Below, in pieces: positions 12,212-25,189 of a DNA stretch of 64,000 bases; the first letter of the stretch is position 1, and every line of letters starts with the position of its first letter. Origin of the DNA: Callorhinchus milii (Eukaryota); the NCBI RefSeq assembly GCF_018977255.1, contig NW_024704742.1:112718001-112782000 (forward strand). Direction: 5' to 3'. The notes below the pieces were generated by a model. It saw only the letters and a list, made by a program, of their open reading frames with translations, had not been told where the DNA came from and did no database searches. The position numbers and the translations under genes were made by a program.

Positions 12212-13057
12212 GTGAGAATTGACGGCTTTCTGCTTTTTTATGTCATGTCAGGTAATTGTTTAAAAAACTAACCTTAGTAAAGAATGGATTATGCTTTCAC
12301 TGTCAGCAGTTTTATTTGTAGCAATGGTGCTGTGAGTGAAAACACAACAATCAAATGAAGATTGATTGGACTTTGGAGACAGCAGCACATTTATTGAATT
12401 TTGTTTTCTGCTTAAGCCAGTGCCAACAAGTGAAATATTTTAATTTTGCTGTTAATCTAGTTTTAATTATGGATGGAATTCTGTGCTCAGCTGTTGCAGA
12501 ATGTGACAACAGCAAATTCTTTCCAGTAACATTCATAACCGTTTGGGTTTATTCAAGGTTATTCAAGAATCAGCATTATTTTGAAAATTGTTTGCTTGCC
12601 TGTTTTCCCCAATGTGTTAACAGTACTCAGCATGATTATTTCATGCGATTGATGCCAAAAGAATGGTACAGAATGGGAACAAAATAATTGTAGCAAGGTG
12701 TAAGATAAACAGCCCTTTGCAAAATAAAAATGCACCGAGTTTTGGCTGGGGTTTAGGAGACTAATTTGATCAAAATGTGCTTTGCCTAACATGCAAAATA
12801 GATATAAATCATGCATCTTTGCGGGATTTACAGGAATAAAACTTGTGCTGTTAGCAAGAGATGCTTGAAATAAGAACTCCATACACACATCATGACTTTT
12901 GAGAGCAGCCTTGTGCCCAATTTAACAATGGCCATTGTTTATGTAAGCCACTTTTTATGCTGATTTTTCCCATGAATGTACTATCGTGGGAAATACACTG
13001 ATTTTAATTCAATAATTAGATTTTATGCTATATATAAGCGTCAGCTTGGCTCTTTGT

Positions 13058-13376
13058 GGAGTCCTGCAGCTCAGTGGTTAGAGCACTCGCTTTGCAAGCG
13101 AGAGACCTGAGTTCAATTCCAGGCAGGGCGAAACCTTGGGCAAGTTTCCTTACTCCACACACCTAATAATAATCCCTCCAAAACCGAAAACAATAATAAA
13201 TTGGTCATTTTCAATCTACGACTGTTTGTGGGACATTGCTGTGCGCAATTGGCTGCCGCGTTCGCCCACAAATATACAGTCAATTCACTTTACAGTGTGT
13301 TCTGTGAAGCGCTTTGGGACGTCCACCTGACGTGAAAAGCGCTATATCAAATGCAAGGATTATTATTATTATTATT
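13058..13376 (+). mobile_element. Young tRNA-Ala SINE, short subfamily, inserted into a DeuSINE head
   Basis: Full head with A/B boxes and (ATT)n tail; flanks 13037-13057 and 13377-13495 rejoin as a DeuSINE 5' part. Confidence 0.95.
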
Positions 13377-13599
13377 GGTCAAAAGGTTGTCAGTTCAAGC
13401 CCCATGTCAGGACTTGATCGCGTAAGACTAGTGACACTCCAATGCAATATTGAGGAATGCCGCATGATTGGAGACACATCCTTCAGATGAGACATTCTGC
13501 CAACACAGACATGATGGACCAAATATGTATGTTCTTCTGTACTAAATGTCTATGGTTCTATTGGATAGACTGCTTTTGACTTGAATCTACTTCACGTTC

Positions 13600-13765
13600 T
13601 CTTGCAAAAGAGGAATCCATATTTGCTTTCAAAAGGGAGCTGGATAAATACCTTAAAAGGAGTCAACCACAGGGTTATGGGGGAAGGGCAGGGAAATGGG
13701 ACTGAAAGTGTTGCTCTTAAAGGAGCTGGCACCGACGCGATGGGCTGAAACATATCCTCTCTCGA
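13600..13765 (+). mobile_element. CR1 3' end fragment
   Basis: TTCAAAAGGGAGCTGGATAAATAC (FKRELDKY), GGTTATGGGG, GATGGGCTGAA 3' UTR. Confidence 0.75.
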
Positions 13766-14239
13766 TCTTCTTTTTGTCAATAAACTAAGTGAAATTCTGT
13801 GACCCCTCCAACCATAGGTGCTAGAGCTAAAGGGGACTCACCCTCTCCCCTCCTGCCTATCTACCCTTTACCTCTTTAAGTGGAGCTAGGAGGGGAAAGC
13901 CCTGAGGAGGATCACAACCAGTACTCCGAGCAGCCCCAATCCAGTGGCACCCATGAGCCCCCTCTTGCCCCTGGCCACTTCCAGTCCAGGGCTGCTCATT
14001 GGGGTGCGCTCACCTCTGCTTGGCCAACCGAACTGCCAGTCAAGCCAATGGCTCACCTGTCTTTAAGGAGACCGAATTTTTAATTTTTACTCAATCCCCA
14101 AACCCCAGAATATTTTCACCTGCTGCCTATGCTTCCAACCACTTTGTAATAAATCTGGAATTCATCTTTGCCAATTTGTCCCCATTGCAGATAAAAACTG
14201 CAGATCAGTGTGGCATTATCAGGGAACTAGTGAACGCAG

Positions 14240-14615
14240 AGTTTCGACTTCAAGATCCTCAGACTCGTGTTCAAATCCATTCACTCTCTGGCATCTCCCT
14301 ACCTCTCTGACTTCCTCACACCCCAATCCACCACCCGGTGCCTCTGCTCGACTGGCACCTGCATCCTGATCATCCCTCGCACCCTCTGCTCCACCATTGG
14401 AGGTTGTGCCCTGAAACTGTGGAACACTCTACATCAATCCCTCTGCCTTTCCCCTTCTATATAACAACAACTTGCACTTATATAGTGCCCTCCACGTAGG
14501 GTAGCATCTCAGAGTGCTTAACGGTGGTAGAGCCTGCCTCCGAGCCGGTGGGGAGGGGAAGGTGGCCGTAAGCACGGTCGAACAGGAGAGTTTTCAGGCG
14601 GGACTTGAAAGAGGG
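14240..14615. mobile_element. Two tail-to-tail L2 fragments (+ about 14240-14460; - about 14462-14615)
   Basis: FKIL..KSIHSLASPYL on +; (CAA)n CTTGCACTTATATAGTGCC L2 tail on -. Confidence 0.75.
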
Positions 14616-14680
14616 GGAAATATAAGTGTAAGTTGTTGTTGTGTTGATAAACATCTATTCGTTTTAATTTACAGTCAAAT

Positions 14681-15002
14681 GGAGTCCTCTAGCTCAGTGG
14701 TTGGAGCACTAGCCTTGCAAGCGAGAGACCTGGGTTCGATTCCCGGCAGGTTGAAACCTTGGGCAAGTTTCCTTACTCTACGTGCCTGATAATAATCCCT
14801 CAAGAAAAAAAAGCAATAACAATTTGGTTACTCAATCCACGACTGTTTGTGGGACACTGCTGTGCGCAATAGGCTGCTGCGTTTCGCCCATAAATATACA
14901 GTCAATTCACTTTACAGTATATTCTGTGAAGCGCTTTGAGATGTCTAGAAGACATGAAAAGCGCTATATCAAATGCAAGGATTATTATTATTGTTATTAT
15001 TA
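14681..15002 (+). mobile_element. tRNA-Ala SINE, short subfamily
   Basis: GGAGTCCT head, GGTTCGATTCC B box, (ATT)n tail. Confidence 0.93.
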
Positions 15003-15264
15003 AATGCCCTTGAGATACATGAAGCACTTGATTAACCTTGTTAATAAGTCTCATACTGACGAGATACTTTTACTGAATTATATCATGCTCAGATCATTTT
15101 CCTTTGGCATTGCCTCGGGCAATGCACACCTATTTATCATGCCCTCATGCTTCATGTTTTCTCTCTGCAAGCAATAGATGATTTGTGCAATTACTGCTGT
15201 GAAATCATTTAGGTTATTTAGCTGCATTAAAATAATACTTTCTACAGCTAAATACCAACAAGAT

Positions 15265-15672
15265 TAGGGCTCTCCTGCTTGGCACCTGACGGCACCTTCT
15301 AATCTCACATCTGATCTCATTGATCTGCATGGATGGTCACTCCACCTCCCTGATCTGATGTGAAATCCCAGGGACTTGTTCGACCCCAAACTGTTCTTCA
15401 ACCCCTACATCTGGGATTGCATGTCTCCTGCTTAACCAGCCCCATCATCAAAGGACAAGTTTTCAACCATTTTCCCCCAGTCTCTGGAACTGCATCCCGG
15501 AATCTCACCATCTCATCTCCACCTCCCCACCTTTAAATTCTTCTTTACTACCTTTCTTTTCAACTTTCAACTTCTGACTTACCTCAGCTGCCTCCATCTC
15601 AGGTTGGTCTGTGAAGCATTTTGACAAATCCTGCTGATGTGACGAGCACAATATAAATATAAATTGTTGTTG
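15265..15672 (+). mobile_element. Decayed L2 fragment
   Basis: Similar to the L2 at 2790-2930 (CTCCTG.TTGGC..TTGTTCGACCCC); ends in (TTG)n. Confidence 0.6.
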
Positions 15673-17351
15673 TAGATAGAGTTGAGCAGAATGCTTAAAA
15701 TTCAGGTTTAAACCTAGCAACATATATAATCGACAGAAATAAACAAATGCCTGCAGTTTTATAGCATTTCATTATTATGAAATATATAATGATAATAATC
15801 CTTACATTTGATACATTGATTTATCATGCAAGCGAGATGTTTCAAATCACTTTACAGTGGTGTGACTATGTGTATTTTGTGGGTGAAACATCTCAAGATG
15901 TGTCACAGGTAACTACTTTTTAAGCAAATGTATTGAATGCTTAAGGGTTGTTGTGATTGTAGGGGGAGGTCAGTAATTTAATACGGTCAATTTTGTACCT
16001 CATGGTAGTTGGGATGTCACATTTGTTTCATACCAATACCCAGCTCTAGTCCATTTAATTGTTGATGCCTTTTTCCTTTCACTTCTTTTCTTCCTGTGTT
16101 TTTATTCTTGGGCCATAGTACTTATTTTTTTTCTAGTACTATTTGTCATTGATACACACAAAATCACAATCTGATACTTTTGCTGCCACTAAATAGATCA
16201 ATGCTCTGTGATCCGGTCACCAACTCTGTGAGTGGAGGTATGGAAGGCAAACCTGGATGTTCTTAAAAGCAGCCGGCACTAGATCAGAGATCACGTACTG
16301 AATTTCACCACTGAGCCTAAACCCTTTACAAGCATGACATGAAAGATCACTCTGACTAATTCTAGATGGCTGTGAAGTTGAAAGGTACACTTCCAATTCA
16401 AGGAGCAGATGGCAAAGCCTTTAATTCTCTACTAAAGCCAACCATTCCCCTTTTAACATTAATTAGAAATAATGTGGAACAAAGCAAATATAAATCTGAG
16501 GTTAAAGACAAGCTGAAGAAACAGGCAGTACATTTGAGGTTTTGTAGGTTTGAAATAAATCTTGTTGATTTAACCTGTCAGGCTGGGTTTTAAAGCACAA
16601 GTGTTTGAAACCCATGCTTAACCATGATATAAGGAGGCAGTGTTCTCCTTTCACTGGGTGAAATTCCGAGTATTTCCAGAGATGTTTCAGAAGCTGGTAA
16701 CATTTAAAATGCTGCTGGCCATAATTATTTAAGTTCTCTCATCCCCAATATAACACAACAAAGATCTTGGCAACCACAGACCTGTAGGAGTCCTTATTTC
16801 CTTCAGCTAAAATTAATTTTCTAAAAACCTATTTATTCGGCCATTTGGAGCTTTTTAACCTTCCAGATGTTTGCATTAATAACATGTTCCAGGAAAATTA
16901 TCATAGATGTGCCATGAGCACCAAATATATTCCCCCCTCCAACAAGTTAGCAAAAAGGTGTGCCTATCTGAGAAACCCACCAAACATACTTAGTGACAAG
17001 AAAATAAATAATATTTTAACTTCCATTCAATTAAAACATAAATCTATCTTAGGACACTAGGCTGAGTGCAAACTGGCTGCCCACAAAATACACAATCAAC
17101 CACACTTTACAGTATATCCTGTGAAGCACTTTGAGATGTCTCGACAAGGTGTTCAGGAGCTATATCAATTACAAAGATTATTATTAGCTTCTAAATAATC
17201 GCTTTATCGATCACTGATTTTTTTCTTGCAAAATCAATAGGTAAAAGACAATGCAATTCTGTTATTGTTAATGCAGAATTTAGTGGCCATCTGCCAGCAA
17301 TGTGCATGGTAGGAATACAATCTGAGGATTCAGGTGAATTTACCTCAGTTT

Positions 17352-17679
17352 ATAATAATAATAATAATAATAATAATCCTTGCATTTGATATAGCGCTTT
17401 TCACGTCGAGAGGACGTCCCAAAGCGCTTCACAGAACACACTGCAAAGTGAATTGACTGTATATTTGTGGGCGAACGCGGCAGCCAATTGCGCATAGCAA
17501 TGTCCCACAAACAGTCGTAGATTGAAAATGACCAATTTATTATTGTTTTTTGTTTTTGGAGGGATTATTATTAGGCGTGTGGAGTAAGGAAACTTGCCCA
17601 AGGTTTCGCCCTGCCTGGAATTGAACTCAGGTCTCTCACTTGCAAAGCGAGTGCTCTAACCACTGAGCTACAGGACTCC
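17352..17679 (-). mobile_element. Young tRNA-Ala SINE, short subfamily
   Basis: Reverse complement nearly identical to 13058-13376. Confidence 0.95.
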
Positions 17680-18009
17680 ATATGTTCCTTCTCTGAATAT
17701 AACATTGGAAATTCATGTTACTACTTGGAACATCTGCCAAAATATTTTTTAATTAAACTATATTTTGCTAACAAAATCTGTGTCAAAGACACATACATTT
17801 ATGGGGGTCTGCTTCAGTTTTTCTGATGCTTTGTGGCCTTGTAGTTGAACCTCAAAGAACATGATTTTTATCACATAGTTTTATGAAATGCCACAGATTT
17901 CATCCCAGAATCCAAATGGAACTCTGCTCAAATAAAACTGGCCAACTTTGAACAGTGAATTACAGAAACATTATATAGCCAGTTATTTATAAATAAATAA
18001 TAAATAAAA

Positions 18010-19190
18010 ATCCTTGCCTTATGTCAGGAGGACCTCTCAAAGCACATTGCAGGATTCATTGTAAAGTCTAGTGACTGTGTATTTGTAGACAAACAGGGAT
18101 GACAATTTGTACACAGCAATGCCACACAAACAGTCATGAAGTAAAAAATTATTTTATCTGGGGGGGAATTGTTTTTTTTGGTCAGCCAGATGTCTGACAC
18201 ATGCGGAAACCCTCACCATGCTTAAGAGTATCCAAATTAAACTGAGAATTGCATCCATTCCCCATATACATGGAAATTCCCGAGATATTTATTGGCATGG
18301 AAATTGCATTCTCACTGGAGGGACACATCTTGCTTCTCCAATATCAGAGTGTGTTTGGGGTACTGCTGGAGTCTAAGCATCTAAAACCGCTGCTTGTCCA
18401 ATTATGACCAACAAGGACCAACTATCCATTAGGGCTTTGGCTTGCAGGGTTAACAGGAGCTGAGCAGGGTTAACAGGATCTAAGCTTTCTGAGACTCAGT
18501 TTGACGTGATATAAATGCAAGGCTTTGTTGTTGTTGTTTAATGGAATGACTCCCTGCTCACTGTAGATGGTCTGCCCTTCCCATTCCTGCAATGAGCCAG
18601 GCTGGCTGTGCTGTCATCAGCAGTGCCCAGGAATACTGCAGACCCGCCTGGCTCAGAAACCAGACAACCGAGACCGCCACAGAGGGTTGTCTTGATTCCA
18701 AGTCACCTTGGAGCCAGTTCAGCACCAGGAAACCCCGATTACCTCCCCTCAATGTGGACAGTCACTAGTTGGTCATTTTATATCCAAAGCACGGGTTTGA
18801 GCCCTTCACTGGGTGGATGGCAGGTACCAGGTACTCTCTGAGCATTTCCTGGTGGGCAGCACAGCTCAGCATGAAATGTATGAGAGGATTGCTATCATGT
18901 TCCTGCCCACAGCTTGGAAACACAACCCTTCTCAATGAACAATGGTTCTACCAGTTGGCAGTGTAGAGGGGCGATTGTTGGCTAGGACACTGGGAGAAAC
19001 TCCCTTCTCTTTTAGAGTACTGCCATGGGATCTTTAATGTCCACGTGAATGGGCAGATGAGACCTCAGTTTAACATCCCAGGCTGGCACCGCTAACAGTG
19101 CAGTACACCACAACACTGTACTGCAGTGTGGTGCTTGAACCCACAACTCTCTGACTCAGAGGGAGAGTGCTTCCAACAAAACCAGGCTAA
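18010..19190 (-). mobile_element. DeuSINE split into 18010-18173 and 18968-19190 by a later insertion
   Basis: TTTTATCTGGGG.. at 18152 resumes as ..GATTGTTGGCTAGGACAC at 18973, contiguous in other DeuSINE copies. Confidence 0.8.
18174..18967 (-). mobile_element. Unclassified non-coding poly(A)-tailed retroposon, longest copy, probable 12-bp TSD
   Basis: Starts with a poly(T) run then GGTCAGCC on +; homologous to 37835-38153, 44450-45093 and 48918-49490; flanked by GGGGGAATTGTT / GGGGCGATTGTT. Confidence 0.7.
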
Positions 19191-19734
19191 TATCTAACTC
19201 TTATGGAAGAAACCTAGAGATGAAAAATATGATGTGTGGTAACAGATTCATTGTGAGAATTACCGCATCAAACATCAATTTATGCAAATATTGGTTGATA
19301 CATATTTAAATCTTGCATTCATTCAAATCTATTATGAAACGCAGCTTTTTTCAGCTCATATACACAAACTATACAAAGTAACACGTTACACAACACCTGG
19401 ATTATGAATAGATATGAGGCTGCAAATAACCTTCAGAAATCACTGACTGAAACAATCAAGCCAGAACAACTCAATAATGGAATTAGACTTGATTTAAAAG
19501 ATGAAGCACACTGGGTATAGGAGAATTATAACAACAGACAGTATAGGAATGAGTTTGAATCAATAAATTAGAATGATGGAGGGCACTGCTCAAGGGCTCA
19601 GCTTTTGAGGGGAGCTGGAATCAATATTCAGAATGAGTTCACAGAGATTGATTAATATAGGACCCCATTAACTCGCATTGGGGGTTATTCTGCTTCAAAA
19701 TATATATGTGGCAAATCTGTATATGTGTATTTTA

Positions 19735-19991
19735 ATAATGATAGTAATAATAATCCTTGCTTTTCATATAGTGCTTTATCATGTTGTTGAGATGTCTCAA
19801 AGTGCTTCACAGAATATACTGTAAAGTGAATTGACTATATTTTGTGGACAAAATGCAGCAGCCAATTGCGCACAATGGTGTCCCACAAACAGTCATGGAT
19901 TGAGTGACCAATCAATGAATCAATTAATCAATTAATCAATATATTTGTCTGTCTGTCTGTCTGTCTGTTTATCTATCTATCTATCTATCTA

Positions 19992-20040
<49 letters not shown>

Positions 20041-20048
20041 TTGTTTGT

Positions 20049-20088
<40 letters not shown>

Positions 20089-20265
20089 AGGGGCCATTAC
20101 CCCTGGAAAAGCAATCTGCCAATCGACTAACAACTGGCTTATTACTTACTGCTAAGTAAATAGAGGTTTGTGGAGTAAGGAAACTTGTTTATGGTTTTGA
20201 CCTGCCCAGGAATTGAACCCGGGTCCTCACACATGCGAGGTGAGTGGTCTAACCAATATGCCACA
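19735..20265 (-). mobile_element. tRNA-Ala SINE, long subfamily, with an internal compound microsatellite
   Basis: SINE tail 19735-19910 and head 20090-20265 flank the repeat tract. Confidence 0.85.
19946..20086. repeat. Compound tetranucleotide microsatellite (TCTG)n(TCTA)n(TCTG)n(TTTG)n(TTTA)n
   Basis: Directly visible. Confidence 0.97.
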
Positions 20266-21364
20266 GAACGGGATTACTTAGTGTAAATTCAACCAAAATG
20301 TTCACTACACATAGCAACTGAAGAAATAACATATAGGAACCTTCAGTCTACTGAGCCTTTTTCTAGAATATCTATTGAGAAAATAGATATATTCCAAGTA
20401 TTGAAACTCGAAGCAAGATTTGAATAATAGTTAATACTATGTAATATAGATCCTTGTCACATTGAAATACCTCAAAATGGTTGAACAAATAAGTTACTTT
20501 GAAGTGTAGTGATTACTGTTATGTAGGAAATGTAACAGCTAATCTGCATCAATAATAGCCCCTTAACAGCAATGAGATTTTCAGTGGAGGAAGGTTATTG
20601 GTAATGCTCCCACTCTTCTTCAAATTAGTTCCATAGGATCTTTAATATTCACTTGAACATGATTCTACATCAGGATATCATTTATGAACCCTGGCAGTGA
20701 GTGGTGGCAAACTGTTTGACATTGTGCTGAACCCAGCTGTATTTGACAGTGTTCTGTGCGCAATTGGCTGTTGTTTTTTGCCCACAAAACACACAGTAAC
20801 TATTTTCTGAACCGCTTGAGATGTCTCAATGACGTGATAAGGCTCTATATCAAATGCAAAGATTATTATTATTATTCTCACCCAGCCCTCACACGCATGA
20901 ACTTTCCGGGTAGTTGAGTAGCTATTCCGAGTGAGAGCCTTGTTTTCCTGTCCCTAGTGCAGGTGTGCCGAGGAATATTGTACCACCAGATTTACTGCTT
21001 TAGCTAAAATCAGTTAAATCAATACATAATTCAAACTTGCAGCAATGTGTGTGGCTTGATGCTGTATTGGGTGGTTGCATTTACACATCAGGAATTAGAG
21101 GAGCTGACAACTTGCAATCGTGAGAAGAATTATTGTTTGGTGTAATAGTTAGCTTCCATATATAATGGAGAATTATTTTCTTTTATTGAATTACAACATT
21201 ACCAAAAAAATCCACTGTACCTGATAGCAGACAATGATTAACAACTTATTTTGCTGTCACAAGGTGCAGTGAATCAACAATATGCTGAAATGTATGTCCC
21301 ACTGTAGATTAATCTTGTTTCCTATACTCCATTTTAAACAGCGGTATATACTCAATGACAATAA

Positions 21365-21735
21365 ATTTGTTGCATTTGACGTTGTGTTTCATGTCGGTAG
21401 GATGTCTGAAAGCATTTCACAGGATATATTGTAAAGTGTAGTGACTGTGTATTTCATAAGCAGATGCTGCAGCTAATTTTGCTGGCAAGCAGTATCTCAC
21501 AAACTGCCAACTGAAGTGATTGACCATTTTTGTCTGGTCGCTTCTTGACCAGTATATTGGGAGAAAATCTCTTTTCTTTTTGAATAGTGCAATAGGATTT
21601 TGCCACTCACCTGAATGAATGGTTGGGATCTCGGTTTAATGTCTCACCTGACTGAAGGGCAGAACCTCCAACAATGTGGCGGCCTCCCAGCACTATGCTG
21701 GTGAGAATCCTACCACCTGAGCTAGTTTGACACTA
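21365..21735 (-). mobile_element. Decayed DeuSINE
   Basis: TTGAATAGTGC..CTCGGTTTAATGTCTCA Deu core on the reverse strand. Confidence 0.7.
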
Positions 21736-22559
21736 TCTCCCTGACAGTATCAACGATCCCAACATAAATACCTCTCCATTTGTTTATTTTTGTACGCCAC
21801 ACTTCAAAGAATTTCTACAATTCATTTTCAATAACAGGGTTTGAAAGCTGAGTTATTAGTTTGTTGCACTTTGCACCTAGTCTAAAGCACTTGGAATACA
21901 ATGGAGTTTATTCTCTCCAATAACTGAGAAAGGAGGAATATGCTCCTTTTAAAATGTTCTAAGATTGAAATTGCTGAAGATAATTTGTTGCTAACAATTA
22001 TCTAACACATCGATTGTCAGATGCACATTTCTATGATTAACTTCTCTTCCTGCTCTTTGAAAACAGTGGTTCACAGCAGTATCACAGTGAACTAATTATA
22101 GGTGGAGACTGACTCAATCTTATCTCAGAGGCATAACAAACAAAAGGGAGATTGATGCACTTGATCCAAGTATCCCTGTGCAGTTGCTGAATCTCTGCAG
22201 ATCTGACCATTATAGTTTACAACTGTATACTGGCCTTTGATGCTTGTTGTTTCTGAGGGTGCCATTTTTGCTCTCGCACAAGAGGTAACTCAGTTTGGGA
22301 CGTTAAGTCAAGCAAATACTAAACTCTGCTGTTGCACCCATGTATTTATTCACTTAACCACACACCTGTGCTACTGTATGGCTGTTAGGTTTAAGGTCAC
22401 TAAAACAATGTGCATTCAACGTGCATTGAATCTATTGAGAAACATTACAATTATCAGCTGTGGACATGCACGCATTCCTCCTCCCTGCCTTCAGCACAAC
22501 GGGGACAGAAATAATTTGGTGCTGTCACTGTTTATAATAATAATTCTTCCATTTATCAT

Positions 22560-23015
22560 GTCATCCAGAACGCTGCAGCCCGTGTCCTCTCCCGCACGAG
22601 GCTCTGCGACCCTATCACCTCAATCCTTGCCCAACTCCACTGGCTTCCCATCACACAGAGGATACAGTTTAATATCCTGGTCCTCACCTTCAAAGCCCTC
22701 CACGGTCTTGCTCCGGCCTGCTTCATGTCCCCCGCCTTGCTCACCCCACTATCAGCAGGCGGGCCTTCCGCCACTCTGCACCCACTCTCTGGAACTCCAT
22801 CCCGCAATCCCTCCGTCTCAGCCCCTCCCTCGCCACCTTCAAGACCCACTTCAAAACCCTCCTCTTCAACTGTGCTTTCGATCTCCTTGCTTCACCTCGC
22901 CCTTCCCCCTCCCCCACCCCGACCCTCAGCTCGGGTCCGTAACTCTGTCTGTCCAGCGCCTTGGGACGTCCTCCTGATGTGAAAGGCGCTATACAAATGT
23001 AATTTTGTTGTTGTA
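22560..23015 (+). mobile_element. L2 LINE 3' fragment
   Basis: IQNAAARVL..LHWLP; tail GTCCAGCGCCTTGGGACGTCCTCCTGATGTGAAAGGCGCT..(TTG)n. It explains the second half of the 246-aa ORF. Confidence 0.92.
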
Positions 23016-24377
23016 ATTTTATTGTTGTTGTCCAGATGTCACAAAGCGCTTCACAGGATATACTGTAAAGTTATTGAATGTGTTTTTTGTGCGCAAAAGT
23101 TTTTGCAGGCTTGGCTGCCTTATTATGGGATACTGACTTAACTCAAATTTAATCAAGTCTGTTTTACAAAATGGCAATGCTGAAATTTAGAGACTGGTTT
23201 TGGTGCCAAGGTTGGCGCTGGGAAGAGGAGGTAAAGGGATAGCACCCTGATGGCCAGGCTTTAACAATAGATAGCCAATGACCATACTTATTACAGAATC
23301 AATGAAATTATCACATCAAATTGGTTAACGAACATCACAATTTTCACTCATTTGCTACAAGGAGATTTTAGTTTCTTTGTTATTGTTAGCACTTTGTGAT
23401 GTTGCCACTCCAAGATTGAGGATAGAATGGGAACATGAAGAATGCTTTTATATATTATATTAAGACAAGTGACATTTATTGCATTAAGCTAAGTGACATG
23501 CAATCCATAAGGTTCAACTGAGTGACAGTCAGGGAATACATTAATGGAGATAGGTTCAGCAAAATCCAAAATGGATTACCGATTGCTCTCTCAGTGGATG
23601 AAATAGCACAATATAATGCAACAAAAACCTCTGAAGAAAAAACTACTCATAACACTAGCTCAGCACTCCTCCAGTTAACATTGTTTAGGGTGGAAATTCC
23701 GTTCCGTGAACATAGCTGTCATTAAGGGGTCTGAAAGATGGGTGGCACAAACATTTTAATGCCAAAACGTTAATATAGATTATGACTGTTTATTTATATA
23801 GCGCCTTTCACATCAGGAAGAAATATTGTCAAGAGAGATACATGGTTTTCCCTATTATGAGTGCGCTAAAGAAGGCGAAGGGCTTGGGGGTAGAATGTGT
23901 GACAATATGACTGGAGAAAAAATCAGAAGAAATGGGTGAAATGTCATTCCAAGTTAATTATCACCACTTCTCATTTTGAAAAAGTTGGTAAATGTTTAAA
24001 TTCTGAAATAGTTCTGTACTATCCCCCATTTGTCACCACCACATACTTCCAAGAAGCTGTAAATAGACCTTGTTTAGTTCCCTCTCAAAATAACATCATT
24101 TTGGATGTGTAACAAAAGTGCTGAAAAATCAAAGATAATGAAGGCCATTTGCATGGATTGGACATAACTGATGTATCCTGAAAAAATGTGCTTGAAATCC
24201 TCACACAAATTTCAGATGTTATACAATTGTCTTCACTTTAGCTTACTCTCCAAATTGTTACATATTTTGATTGACCAAGATGCCAGATAGTAGATTTTCT
24301 ATCCTTTTATCCTCATGTGTGTCAACCTGGCTCAATGATAGCACTCTCGCCTCAGAGTCAGAAAGCTGTGGGTTCAA

Positions 24378-24790
24378 CCTTGAAAGCGGTGGACAGACGC
24401 CAAGTTAGGGGAAAGGGAGAAGATGATGATGTTAGCTACTAGGAGAATGACAGCTGGGTGTACAGGAGCTGGTGGGTATTGGGGTCAAGGGGGAAAGTGA
24501 TGGGTCCATGAAAGTGCATGAGGGAGAAGAGGGATGGGTGGATGGACCCTCCACATATTTGGTATTGAAGTTGAGGACACAGAGGGTGTGGGAAAGTGGG
24601 CAGTGGAGGTGGTTGGTGGTGGAGAAAAGGACCTGGTGTTCCCTTTAAGCTGCAGCCTGAAAGTAGAAAGTATACTTGGCTGAGGAATGAGAAAGCCATA
24701 GGTTTTGGAGTGGTCTGGATAGTTAATCAGTGAAGGATTGGAATCAAAAATGCAGAAAGTTGAAACTACCAAGGTTTGAGAGAATGACTG
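24378..24790 (-). mobile_element. Decayed L2 ORF2 internal fragment (upstream of the RT core)
   Basis: PITFPLDP..LLYTQL resembles the L2 PTTCPLDPIP motif. Confidence 0.55.
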
Positions 24791-25189
24791 AGTGATTGCA
24801 TCAGCAATGCTTTATTTACAAGGTGTGAAAAATTGTCAGCTACTCAGATGAAGTAGCTGGTGATTTTTCACAAATATAATAAATAAAATATTATCCCAGA
24901 ATGAGTAATGTGCTGTGACAAAAAGATTTTATATCTTCAATCTTTTCTTCTGACTTCTCTAATCTTCCCTGATTGTGGACATGCTATCCGTCTGTGCAAA
25001 CATTTGAAGATAATGGTAAACAAAGATTGGTTTGGTGGTAAATAATGCATGTCGAAGTTGCTTTCACTCTGTCGATCCAAAATCCATCAAAATATTTACA
25101 GTTGATTTATGGCATTATATTCTGTTAGGTTGAAATACAATACAATGTTCATTATCTGTTCATTCACGTATTTATGAAGCTGGAATGTC

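Noticed and set aside
13058..13130. tRNA-Ala(TGC)-like sequences here and at many other loci
   Set aside because: They are SINE heads: there is no proper acceptor stem and each runs into the SINE body and (ATT)n tail.
22237..22977. Longest ORF (246 aa) as a gene
   Set aside because: It is a chance frame joining unique DNA to an off-frame L2 fragment, with no recognisable domain.
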